DNA from: Lachnospiraceae bacterium
GTDB lineage: Bacteria > Bacillota > Clostridia > Lachnospirales > Lachnospiraceae
DNA length: 55,609 nucleotides
Assembly (NCBI GenBank): GCA_017471325.1
Contig: JAFUUX010000107.1
Location: 1-55,609, forward strand
Direction of reading: 5' to 3'
In this document: piece after piece, positions 40,933 to 50,600 of the stretch
How the letters are laid out: each line of letters starts with the position of its first letter
Numbering within the stretch: the stretch's first letter is position 1
Program-made: the position numbers and the translations under genes
Notes under the pieces: generated by a model
Database searches by the model: none
What the model saw: the letters and a program-made list of their open reading frames with translations, nothing else
Told to the model about the DNA's origin: nothing

Positions 40933-42039
40933 ATGGAACATTATCCTTTTTCAGATTATCTTTTCCTGGGGTTTGGCCTGATCGGCGGCTCCATCGCAAA
41001 AGCCATCCGCGCGGTACAGCCCTCCGCACGCATCACCGCCTATGCAAGGCATAAGGAAAAACTAATGCCGGCGCTGGACGATCATACCTTAGACGGCATC
41101 GCGGACAGCCTCCTGTCCGATCTGGAAAGGGCGGACGTGATACTGCTCTGCGCGCCCACCGGCGTAAATATCGAAAACCTTAAGGCCATCGCGCCCTATG
41201 TGCGCAAGGATACCCTGATCACGGATGTCGGTTCGGTCAAGCATGACATCCAGGAATCTGCCGACACGCTCGGACTCTCAGAGCAGTTTCTGGGCGGCCA
41301 CCCCATGACCGGCAAAGAGACCACCGGCTATGAGAGCGCGGATGCCCGTATCCTCGAAAACGCTTATTATATCCTGACACCGTCCCCAAAGACCAGACAG
41401 GACTTTACCGACCGCTTTACCGCGCTTGTGGCGAGCCTGCATTCCCTGGTGCTGCATGCCGATCCGCTGTACCATGACTATGCCACGGCGGCCATCAGCC
41501 ATGTGCCGCATCTGATCGCGGCCGAACTGGTAGGACTGGTCGAAAGAGAGGACAACAACAGCCAGTTTATGAAGACCATTGCGGCCGGCGGTTTTCGGGA
41601 CATCACCCGCATCGCCTCTGCCGATCCCGCCATGTGGGAAAATATCTGCCGCAGCAATACCGCAAACATCCGCACGCTGCTGCGCCACTATATCGAAGGA
41701 TTGGAGCATATCGACAGCATATTGTCAGAAGGGCATTTTGAAAAGATCCGTGAACTGTTTCAGGACTCCGGCGCTTACCGCGCTTCCTTAAATGACCGCA
41801 AGACCACCTCCATCGATCCTGACTACCGCATCTTTGTGGATATCCCGGATGAGACCGGTGAGATCGCCGTTATCGCCACGCTGCTGGCCGCCAGATCCAT
41901 CAACATCAAAAATATCGGCATCACGCATAACCGTGAGCAGGCCGAAGGTGCCCTGTATATTGCTTTTGAAAACGAGACCGAACGTCAGACGGCTTTGCCC
42001 ATCCTGCAAAAATACGGATACCGTGTGATGAGCAATTAA
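40933..42039 (+). CDS. tyrA: Prephenate dehydrogenase with C-terminal ACT domain
   Basis: Motifs GFGLIGGS, TDVGSVK, GGHPMTG, SHVPH and GGFRDITRIAS; ACT domain VDIPDETGEIA. RBS AAAGGA. Confidence 0.95.
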   Translation: MEHYPFSDYLFLGFGLIGGSIAKAIRAVQPSARITAYARHKEKLMPALDDHTLDGIADSLLSDLERADVILLCAPTGVNIENLKAIAPYVRKDTLITDVGSVKHDIQESADTLGLSEQFLGGHPMTGKETTGYESADARILENAYYILTPSPKTRQDFTDRFTALVASLHSLVLHADPLYHDYATAAISHVPHLIAAELVGLVEREDNNSQFMKTIAAGGFRDITRIASADPAMWENICRSNTANIRTLLRHYIEGLEHIDSILSEGHFEKIRELFQDSGAYRASLNDRKTTSIDPDYRIFVDIPDETGEIAVIATLLAARSINIKNIGITHNREQAEGALYIAFENETERQTALPILQKYGYRVMSN

Positions 42040-43193
42040 GCCTTTTTCTTCCGTTTCTTCTTCCATCGCGTCCATGCTTCCGCCAGCAGTACCGAAACGA
42101 TGCCCAGACAGATCCCCAGAAGGATCTCTGCGAAATAGTGATCCGAGTAGGCACTGCCGGTGATCGTCCTAAGCCCTACCTGGATGATCCAGACCACGAG
42201 CACCCACTGGATCAGGTACACTGTGTTCACGTTCCGGCTGATACTCTCCACAATGCGCATCAGCCATGCCGGCCAAAGATCTTTCAGCGCGCAGAACAGC
42301 CCCAGCAGCCCAAAACTGATGCTGATGCAGACGACGACATCCAGCGGGTTCACATGGTAAAACACATTCGCTCCTTCGCCGCCCATCATGCCGCTCCCCG
42401 TGATCATCTCTATAGCGACCACCGTGATGGAAAACAGCCCGCAGACCGGCGAAACATAACGGTAAAATGCCTTTTTGTCCACCAGATGCCTGTCATAATC
42501 CCCAAACACATATCCGGCCGCATAGACGATAAACCAGTGCAGCAGCGGGAACTCGCTCAGCACGCCGGTATCTTCCCGTATGCCGATCACATGCCCCAGC
42601 AGGATGTTCAGCGCTATATTGCCGGTATCACAGCCTTTGATCATTGTGCCGATGATATTCATCAATGCCCCGATCAGCAGCAGGCCTGCTTTGGGCACTT
42701 TCAAAAACTGCAGCAGTGCCATAAAGAACATCCCCAGTCCGGCAAACTGCAGTATATCATTTCCAAAAATGAGATACGGCAAAGGCTCCAGATAGTATGC
42801 GGCGTCTTTCGTGATCAGAAAGCCTGTCAGGTACGGCAGCAACGCCCGGAAGATATTCAGGCAGAAGCCGATCCACAAAATCCTAAGCCCCCTCGCCGCC
42901 AGATGCTTCGCATCATCCCTGCCGCTGTAAGCCAGGCCGATCCCCATGGCAAAAAGAAAACCGGGCGGGCCAAAAGGCCCCCCCATAATGCTGTCAAAAA
43001 AATAGGGGATACCGATCCTGTCCAAGACTTCATCCGGCGTAGCCTGTACAAAGACATGCACGACTGCCAGTTCCATGATCATCCGTGCCTTAAAAAAATC
43101 CAGTTCCGGCTGCCTGCCGCTGTTGATATGATCTTTATCATATTTCCAGGGCAGGCGAAGCCGTTTTCCCTGCGTATCCAACTTTTCAGCCAT
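42036..43193 (-). CDS. Multi-pass membrane protein, DUF1624/HGSNAT-like acyltransferase family
   Basis: Motifs GRQPELDFFK, GFLFAMGIG, DILQFAG and FPLLHW; about 10 TM segments. Confidence 0.75.
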   Translation of the reverse strand: MAEKLDTQGKRLRLPWKYDKDHINSGRQPELDFFKARMIMELAVVHVFVQATPDEVLDRIGIPYFFDSIMGGPFGPPGFLFAMGIGLAYSGRDDAKHLAARGLRILWIGFCLNIFRALLPYLTGFLITKDAAYYLEPLPYLIFGNDILQFAGLGMFFMALLQFLKVPKAGLLLIGALMNIIGTMIKGCDTGNIALNILLGHVIGIREDTGVLSEFPLLHWFIVYAAGYVFGDYDRHLVDKKAFYRYVSPVCGLFSITVVAIEMITGSGMMGGEGANVFYHVNPLDVVVCISISFGLLGLFCALKDLWPAWLMRIVESISRNVNTVYLIQWVLVVWIIQVGLRTITGSAYSDHYFAEILLGICLGIVSVLLAEAWTRWKKKRKKKA

Positions 43194-44790
43194 TTCCCTC
43201 TGCCGCCTTTGTTCCGTTATATTTCAGTGCCAGCATCGTAATGTCGTCAAACTGCTCTGCACCTTTCGTGATATTACGTACATCCGCAAGTACAGTTTCG
43301 ATCATACTCTTGGGCGATGCATCCGGTTTCGTATCCAGTATGCGCAGGATACGGTCAGTGCCATACATCTCCTCCGCCACATCACATGCCTCCGGCACAC
43401 CATCCGTATATACAAAGAGCGTATCCCCGGGATGCATCTGATATGTTTCCGTACTGTAGGTGAGTTCTTCCATAAATGCCAGCGGCGGATGATGATGATC
43501 CCTGATCAGGCAGAATCTTTCACCCGCTTTGCGCATGATCGGATACTCATGCCCGGCATTGACCGTGACCAGTTCCCCGCTGACCAGATCCAGAATCCCC
43601 ACCCATAAAGTAAGGAACTGGCTTTCCGTATTGTTCTCCATCAATTCATTATTTACATGGAAAAAGACATCCGCCGGATTTTCCCCGGTCTGCAGGCGGT
43701 TCTTGACCAGCACGCGGGAGATCATCATAAACAGCGCCGCCGGGATGCCCTTGCCCGATACATCAGCGATGACCAGTGCCAGATGCGACTCATCGATAAA
43801 ATAAAAATCATAAAAATCCCCGCCGACTTCCCTGGCCGGTTTCATATCCGCATAAATCTCAAATTCATCCCTGTCCGGAAATGCCGGAAAGCGGTGCGGC
43901 AGCTGGCTGTCCTGGATGGATGCCGCCATGTTCAGTTCCGCGCTCATCCTTTCTTTTTCCGCCGTGATGCGGATGTTGTCAGACATGATCTTTCGCAACT
44001 GGATATCCATTTTTTCAAAGGATTCCGAAAGCGTCTGCAACTCATCCCCGGTATAGATCTTGTTATGATAATACTCGTCTTCCTTATCCAGATGCTCCGC
44101 GATCTCACTGGCCGCTTCTGTCAGGCGGTTGATCGGCTCGATCAGTTGTTTTCGGACACGGAAATAATAGATGATGCTGGCAACCGACAATGCGACTACC
44201 ACCGAAAGGATCACCTGAACGATGACCAGCCACATGGTCTTCTTGACCTCTTTCACGGAAATATCCGCGCAGACCAGTGCGACCGGATCCCCATTCTTGT
44301 CAAAGATCGGGGACGCGCCTGTGATCAGCGGCCCATAGTATGGATCGTCATATTCCCAAAGGGATTCGATGGGATCGCGTCTGAAGATCTCCTTGTTCAT
44401 CATCTGGGCGGTCTCAAAATTGGAGTACTCCTCCTCTTCTCCCAGCGACTCCCCTAAAGCGCCTTCCGTATCCCAGACATAGATCATCCCTGTTTCCGTA
44501 GGGATGCACACATAGAAATACTGCAGATCAAACCCCTTCTGCAGCCAGCGCATGCGTCCGTCGATCCGTTCATAGAGTTCATCCGTTTGCAGCGTATCGA
44601 CATACTTTAAGACACGCTCGCCATCGATCAGCCTGGCGATGGCCTTTGTCGAAGAATATACCGTTTTCTGGTATTCGCTCAGGACATTATGTCTGAAGTG
44701 TATTGAGAACACAATGCACACGCCAACCGACATGAGTATTGTCAGCATGATCAGTTCCCATGCATACCGTCTTCCCATTTTCTGACGCAT
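43186..44790 (-). CDS. Membrane sensor HAMP + PP2C (SpoIIE/RsbU-type) phosphatase, paralog
   Basis: Same architecture and motifs as 38077-39765 (VGGDFYD, ADVSGKG, YTDGV, QFDDIT). Confidence 0.93.
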   Translation of the reverse strand: MRQKMGRRYAWELIMLTILMSVGVCIVFSIHFRHNVLSEYQKTVYSSTKAIARLIDGERVLKYVDTLQTDELYERIDGRMRWLQKGFDLQYFYVCIPTETGMIYVWDTEGALGESLGEEEEYSNFETAQMMNKEIFRRDPIESLWEYDDPYYGPLITGASPIFDKNGDPVALVCADISVKEVKKTMWLVIVQVILSVVVALSVASIIYYFRVRKQLIEPINRLTEAASEIAEHLDKEDEYYHNKIYTGDELQTLSESFEKMDIQLRKIMSDNIRITAEKERMSAELNMAASIQDSQLPHRFPAFPDRDEFEIYADMKPAREVGGDFYDFYFIDESHLALVIADVSGKGIPAALFMMISRVLVKNRLQTGENPADVFFHVNNELMENNTESQFLTLWVGILDLVSGELVTVNAGHEYPIMRKAGERFCLIRDHHHPPLAFMEELTYSTETYQMHPGDTLFVYTDGVPEACDVAEEMYGTDRILRILDTKPDASPKSMIETVLADVRNITKGAEQFDDITMLALKYNGTKAAEGNG

Positions 44791-44888
44791 TTTGCTTACC
44801 CCTTCTATCGTGCGGCACGTAGTACCTGCCGCTTTTCGTCCTATGTATCATCCCACGCCAAACCGCCTGCTGCGGCAGCAAATACCCG

Positions 44889-45755
44889 CTATACCTCCGG
44901 CGCAAGCGATATCCCCGCCCCCGCAGCGTTCGGTCCCGTATGGCACGCCACACTTAAAGAAAGGGGATCGTAATATACCATGCTTCCGGGAAAGGCCGCC
45001 GCCACCTGCTCTTTCCAGGCCTTCGCCTCATCCCGGTCCAAAAACGATCCTGCGCAGCCGATCAAAAGCTGTTCGGCGCTGTACTGCGCAAATACCGTAT
45101 TTCTTTCCTTGACCAGTGCATCGATCACGCCCTGCCTTGCCTTCTGCAGGCCGCGTATTTTCTGATAAGTATCAAACTTATCCCCGTGTGTCTCCAGTAC
45201 CGGTTTGATCCCCAGCAGATCCCCCAGAGCCGCAGCCGCAGGGGTCACGCGTCCGGTACGCTTAAAGTACATCAATGTCTCCACCGTAAGATAGACGCAG
45301 GATTTATATGCGTCCTCTTCCAGTTTCTGCTTGATCTGCGCAGCCGTTGCCCCTTCCCGGGCAAGTTTGCAGGCCTGCAGTACCGACTGCCGCTGTGTTA
45401 CGGAAATCCTGTGGTTATCCGCTACGGCTACCCGGCCGTCATACTCCTCCGTCAGCATCTGCGCCGACTGGTACGATCCGGACAAGCCGCTGGACATAGG
45501 GATATAGATCAACTCATCCGCTGTATCCAGCACCAGTTCCCACACATCCATGATCGCGCCCGGCGAGGGCTGGGAAGAACTGACATTCCGGTTCCCCATC
45601 AGCGCCTCAAAAAACTGCGCGTGCGTGATATCCTCATTTTCAAAATAGGTATGGTCATCGATGATCACCGGCATCGGTATCACATGGATCCCCATCTGCC
45701 TGGCCTCATCGCCGAAAATCCCGCTGTTTGAGTCTGTAACCACCGCAGTGCTCAT
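44889..45755 (-). CDS. DegV/FakB family fatty-acid-binding protein
   Basis: Motifs AVVTDS, SSQPSPG, MSSGLSGS, GRV, KPVL and HTGP. Start placed at MSTAV. Confidence 0.93.
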   Translation of the reverse strand: MSTAVVTDSNSGIFGDEARQMGIHVIPMPVIIDDHTYFENEDITHAQFFEALMGNRNVSSSQPSPGAIMDVWELVLDTADELIYIPMSSGLSGSYQSAQMLTEEYDGRVAVADNHRISVTQRQSVLQACKLAREGATAAQIKQKLEEDAYKSCVYLTVETLMYFKRTGRVTPAAAALGDLLGIKPVLETHGDKFDTYQKIRGLQKARQGVIDALVKERNTVFAQYSAEQLLIGCAGSFLDRDEAKAWKEQVAAAFPGSMVYYDPLSLSVACHTGPNAAGAGISLAPEV

Positions 45756-45756
45756 A

Positions 45757-46644
45757 TCAGTTATTCCTTTCATCCCCCCAGAAAAATAACGCAACCGTCC
45801 CCGGTCCCGTATGGGCACCGATCAGACCGCCGATGGAAAAGATCTCCACCTTGCCCCTGGTCTTCGGGAAACGCTCTTCGATCAAATCTGCCACGGCTTT
45901 TGCATCTTCATAGCATGCTGAATTTGAGATAAAGACTTTGCCGTCATAATCACGTCCGCCTTCGGCATGTTCCTCCATCTTTTCCACGATACGGCTGATC
46001 ACCTTTTTTTTGCTGCGGATCTTTTCCCGGGGGATCAGCCGCCCCAGATAGTCTACATTTAACAGCGGGCAGATATTTAACAGCGTGCCTACAAAACCGG
46101 CTGTCCTGGATACCCGCCCGCCGCGGATATAAAAGGTCAGGTCTGTTGAGAAAAACCAGTGGTGTACGTGCAGCCGCAGTTCCAGTGCTTTTTCATACAA
46201 CTCATCAATGCCCATGCCGGCATCCCGCAGATCCGCCAGCCGGTCCGCCAGCAGTCCAAAACCGGAAGAAGCCGCCAGAGAATCCACCACATACAGTTTT
46301 CTGTCCGGATAGCGCTCCGCAAGTGCCTCCTGTGCCAGTCTTGCGGAATTGACCGAGCCCGAAATGCCGGAAGACAGCACCAGATGCAGCACATCCCTGC
46401 CTTCTTTTAAAAAGCCCTCAAAATAAGCCTCATAATCCCCGGTGCTGATCTGTGAAGTCTTGGTATCCTCCCCGTTCACCATGCGCCTGTAAAACACGTC
46501 AAAAGGAATGGTCTGTCCCAGATCATCCGGATATACCGTTCCGCCCAGTTCATACTGAAAACAGATATAGCGGATATCCCTTTTTGCAAAATGTTCTTTC
46601 GTCAGATCCGCTGCGGAACAGCAGCTCAAAATATATTCTGCCAA
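45757..46644 (-). CDS. DegV/FakB family fatty-acid-binding protein
   Basis: Motifs KTSQ, LSSGISGS, VVDSLAAS, RGGRVS and GAHTGPG. TTG start after GGAGG. Confidence 0.93.
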   Translation of the reverse strand: MAEYILSCCSAADLTKEHFAKRDIRYICFQYELGGTVYPDDLGQTIPFDVFYRRMVNGEDTKTSQISTGDYEAYFEGFLKEGRDVLHLVLSSGISGSVNSARLAQEALAERYPDRKLYVVDSLAASSGFGLLADRLADLRDAGMGIDELYEKALELRLHVHHWFFSTDLTFYIRGGRVSRTAGFVGTLLNICPLLNVDYLGRLIPREKIRSKKKVISRIVEKMEEHAEGGRDYDGKVFISNSACYEDAKAVADLIEERFPKTRGKVEIFSIGGLIGAHTGPGTVALFFWGDERNN

Positions 46645-46683
46645 AGCAAAACCTCCATCGTGCCAAACTGTCTACAGCCTAAT

Positions 46684-46712
46684 ATATTACCATAAAACTC
46701 GTCACTCGGCAA
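46684..46712 (-). promoter_or_regulatory. Putative sigma-A promoter for the degV pair
   Basis: TTGCCG-17 nt-TAATAT with an extended TG. Confidence 0.55.
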
Positions 46713-46736
46713 GCCGCTTTGTTTTTTAGCCCCCTT

Positions 46737-47468
46737 TTAAAGAACCCTTCCTTTTTCTTCCTTTTTCATCTGTTCTGCCGCACTCCTGCTTTCCTGGCGT
46801 ACAGCACTCCGGCGCTCCGGTTTTGTGTCCGCGGACAGTTCATTCAGATCCACTTTTCTGCGTCCTTCCGGCTTTTCTGCTCCCGCCTGCGCAAATGCTG
46901 CCCTTCCATGATCTTCCGGCTGCAGCATTCCCTTGATCGCATCTCCCATTTTGGAAAGCAGGCCTTCCCCCTGTTTTTCCGCGCCTTCTTTTTCCTCTTC
47001 CTCTGCTTCCTTTCCGTCTTTGTCGCCGTGCTCCAGAAAATCAGGGATGCCATTGCCGTCATCATCCTTTAAAAAGCCCAGATGGTCATCTGCGCGCTCC
47101 TTTGCCAGCTGCACGCGTTCTTCCATTTCCGCCGCTTTGCGTTCCTCGGCTTTTTCCACCTCCTGCCTGGCCTGTGCTGCCAGTTCCGGCGCAATGGCAC
47201 GCAGGGCATCCAGCGCATATTGATAAAGCGCGTGATCGCTGCCCATACCACTGATAAAGGCTTTCAGTTCACGCAGCAGCGCCTCTTTGGACTGCTCCTG
47301 CTTCTGTGTATCCTGTACTTCTTTTCCGTTCGCATCCTCCAGATTCTCCAGTTGACGATACAGCCGTTTTTCACTTTCCTTATTTTCTATGCCCTGCCCG
47401 TTCCCCATCATCCTGCGCAACTGTTCCAGTTTTTCTTTCTGTTCCTCATTCAGCATCAAATCCGCCAT
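46737..47468 (-). CDS. Hypothetical charged coiled-coil protein with a DxDxNG Ca-binding-like loop and basic C-terminal tail
   Basis: 243 aa, RBS GAGGAG, contains DDDGNGIPD. Confidence 0.8.
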   Translation of the reverse strand: MADLMLNEEQKEKLEQLRRMMGNGQGIENKESEKRLYRQLENLEDANGKEVQDTQKQEQSKEALLRELKAFISGMGSDHALYQYALDALRAIAPELAAQARQEVEKAEERKAAEMEERVQLAKERADDHLGFLKDDDGNGIPDFLEHGDKDGKEAEEEEKEGAEKQGEGLLSKMGDAIKGMLQPEDHGRAAFAQAGAEKPEGRRKVDLNELSADTKPERRSAVRQESRSAAEQMKKEEKGRVL

Positions 47469-47544
47469 GTTTTTTCTCCTCTCTTAAATGCACTTTTTTT
47501 ATATCTGACTGTGTCCGGCTCCTTTTTCCTCGATGATTTTACGG

Positions 47545-47577
47545 AAAGAGCAGCGTTTGTGAAAAACGCTGCCCTCT
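47545..47577 (-). terminator. Hairpin downstream of the 1791 aa gene
   Basis: GCAGCGTTT/AAACGCTGC stem, extended by G-U pairs on the minus strand; short U tract. Confidence 0.5.
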
Positions 47578-47641
47578 CTTTCTTTTTAAGAACTTCCGGT
47601 ATCTCACCGGTGCTTTGGTGCAAAGCCTGTACCGCTTCCGG

Positions 47642-50600
47642 TCAATGTTTGGGACCTTTCCCGGGTACTACCGCCTTGTTGTTCTCCATCTGGTCATTCT
47701 CGCCGTGCTTTACATCTTCCTGCTTCTGTAACTGCTTTACATCCTTAACGCTGTTACGGCGGCTGCGTTTTGCATCCCTTTCCTTCTGATCGTCTTTTAC
47801 GATATCAACCTTCTTGCGCTTTTCATCTTCCAGTTTCACGCCATCCAGTGCATCCGCTACCAGTGACACATCCGTTTTGACTGCGTTATCCAGAGTCTCC
47901 GATACCGGTCCCAGCATATTCTCCAGTGCCGTAGCCGTATCCAGCCGGCGCTTACCCATGTCATGGATCTTGCCAAAGATGCCGGGCTGTCTCTCCGAGA
48001 CATATGTATGCACTTTGTTCTGTAATTCACGATAGAATTCATCAAAGGTATCTTTAAAATTACCGAGCTGCTCTTTATCGGTTCCCTCCGGAAAACCGAT
48101 CTCGATCTTCCCGCCGGTACCCTTTGTATAATCTAATACACCGGTCTTTTCAAATTTGTAGAGCGCTTTGATGGCGGTCAACATCTGCTTATATTCCTTT
48201 GAATCCTTGTGGAACGCGTACTCATCATGTTTATCCTCCAGATCCTTGATCACTGCCTCGAGATTCATCCGGCTGATCTCACGCATGAAGCAGTCCCGGC
48301 ATCTTGCCTCCTTATCCGCCTTGGTAAGCCCGCCGCCTCCCTGCATCTTGCTCTTTAAGTAATACGCCCGCTCCGGTATCTTGCTGATATCCGTAAAGAT
48401 GTTATGCCCCTTTGCGTTCGCGTCATCACTGAAAATACCATTCCTGAAGGAAAGCTTATCTACCGTCAGCGACTTAAAATCATCCGTGATCAGCAGTTTC
48501 CCGTGTTTGATACCATTATGTACCTTGAGATCTGCTTTGCTGTTGCCCAGGAGCGCGCCTTCCGACGTGAGTTTCTTATTGTTCAGGGCGAGACACATTT
48601 CGGTAACATTCTGCGTCACCACGCGCGTCATCTGATCCATGGTTTCCTTAGACGCCTCTTTTGTCCCGTATCCGCTGACGATATCCCTGACAAAATCCGA
48701 GATGCGTCTCTTTGTCTCCTTCTCATCCGCGCTGTACAGGTTTTTGATCGTACTGCCCAGTTCTCCCGAGAGCACTCCCAGATCTTCCAGTTTGATCTTC
48801 CCTGCAAACTCTCCTTCCTGGAACATCGGCTTCGGCTCGAAATGGATCAGTCTGGCTTCGTAATGTCCCTTATCGTCCGAGGGGATCTGCGCAAACTTCA
48901 TGTCCTCAAACTTCGGCAGCGGTGCGCCGCAAAGATAGCAGATCGCCTGCAGGTTCGCCAGATCCTTGATCATCTTCGGATTGTTAAACTGCTGCATGGT
49001 AAGGTTCTTGGATTCTCCGTTCAGAAGGATCTCTTTACCGGTAATGACCTTTGCCTCGCTTTGACCTAATACCTCTATATTATCATTCAGGCTCTTTTTA
49101 TAAGGATCATTGTACAGGATCTTTTCCGGTACCGTTTCTACCATAAGGCCTCTGTAGGTCTTGTCCTCACCCGGCACCGAGATGTTTGCAATGTACGCCT
49201 TCGACACAAGTCTTGCATCCTGCTTCGCCGACTTCTTGTCAACGCCTAATTTTTCGGACATTCTGGAAAGGGCAAGCATGTTCATGGTCAGGTCATACCC
49301 GTAGGAAACATTACCTTCCTCCCGCGCTTTTGCGTCAGCATGGTTGATGCCCAGTCCTGAGATACCGCTCAATACACTTTGGATCATCTCGCGGTCTTTC
49401 TCATTATTCCACCATTCATAACCACCCAGTTTTTCATTTTCGGCAGCTGCTTTCTCCAGAATGGATCCATCCAAAACCTTATTCTTTTTAATATTCGCAT
49501 TGATGTCACCGATGGTCGGCATTACCTTGGAGAAAGCATCCGGATCCGCCTTTGCCTGGGCGATCAACTCCTCCGCGATCTGCTTTGCCTGCTCGCTTGC
49601 ACCATCCAGGAGCGGTTTCAGTTTATCCAGTTCTTCCGACAGACCTTCTTTGGACGGTACCTTGGGAATATCGAAGAAACGCCCGTTATAGGTTTCATTG
49701 GAATTGTACTCATACTGGAAGTGCGCCAGATTACGGTAACTGCCGGTCTGTCCCTCCTGCAGGTAACTGTCATGGAAGATCTTGTTCTGGCGGATCGTCC
49801 AGATATTCTTTGCCTTTTCCGGATCCGAGTGCATCATCTCCATGATGTTGATGCAGTCCGGCTTGGTATAATCCGCCTCCTTATTGCACACCAGCGTCTG
49901 GCAGATCAGGCCCTTATGGTGCAGGTTATCCAGTCCGTTAATGTATTCCTGCGGGATCTGATCCTCCGGCTTCTTGCCGTCATTATACTTTTTGCACTTA
50001 TCAGACAGCATGATGGATAAGTACTGGATCTGCTCATAAACATACTGCAGCCGCTCCACGGAATTGATGCCGCCTTTAAAATCACCATCCAGCACCCTCT
50101 CACCGGTTCTGGGCAGGTCCGGATAAGAGCCGTCCTCCAGAGTACGGAAATACTTATCCTCAAACTCCTTCATCATCTCCAGATAGCGTGTCAGGTCATT
50201 ATAGTCTTTGACAAACTCCAGATCCTTTGCCGCTCGCCGGCCACCGGTAACGACTGCCGTCACAACACGGCTCCAGATGGAAGCGTTATTTACGACCTTT
50301 CTTACTCTCTGGCCATCCTTGTTGATCTCCCACTTATCCTCTTCCTTCATCAGCACGCCGGCTTTGGTCAGCTTGTATGCCAGATCCGGCGACTTATGCA
50401 ACCTGGTGAAGCGCTCCAATTCGTTGCGGAAATTATATCTGGAAGTATCCGCGCGTCCGGACATTGCCTCCTGGATCGTAAACAGAGAGATGTTCAGATC
50501 CGCTCTGAAAGCGCCCAGACGGTGCACTGTCGTATTGGAAAGCGTTGCCATGCCGCTGATAAAGGACTTAAACGCCTGATTATTGCTCTTTTTGAAATCA

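Noticed and set aside
47495-47545. Possible sigma-28 (flagellar) promoter upstream of the 243 aa gene
   Set aside because: TCAGATAT is a weak match to GCCGATAT, and there is no TAAA at the right spacing.
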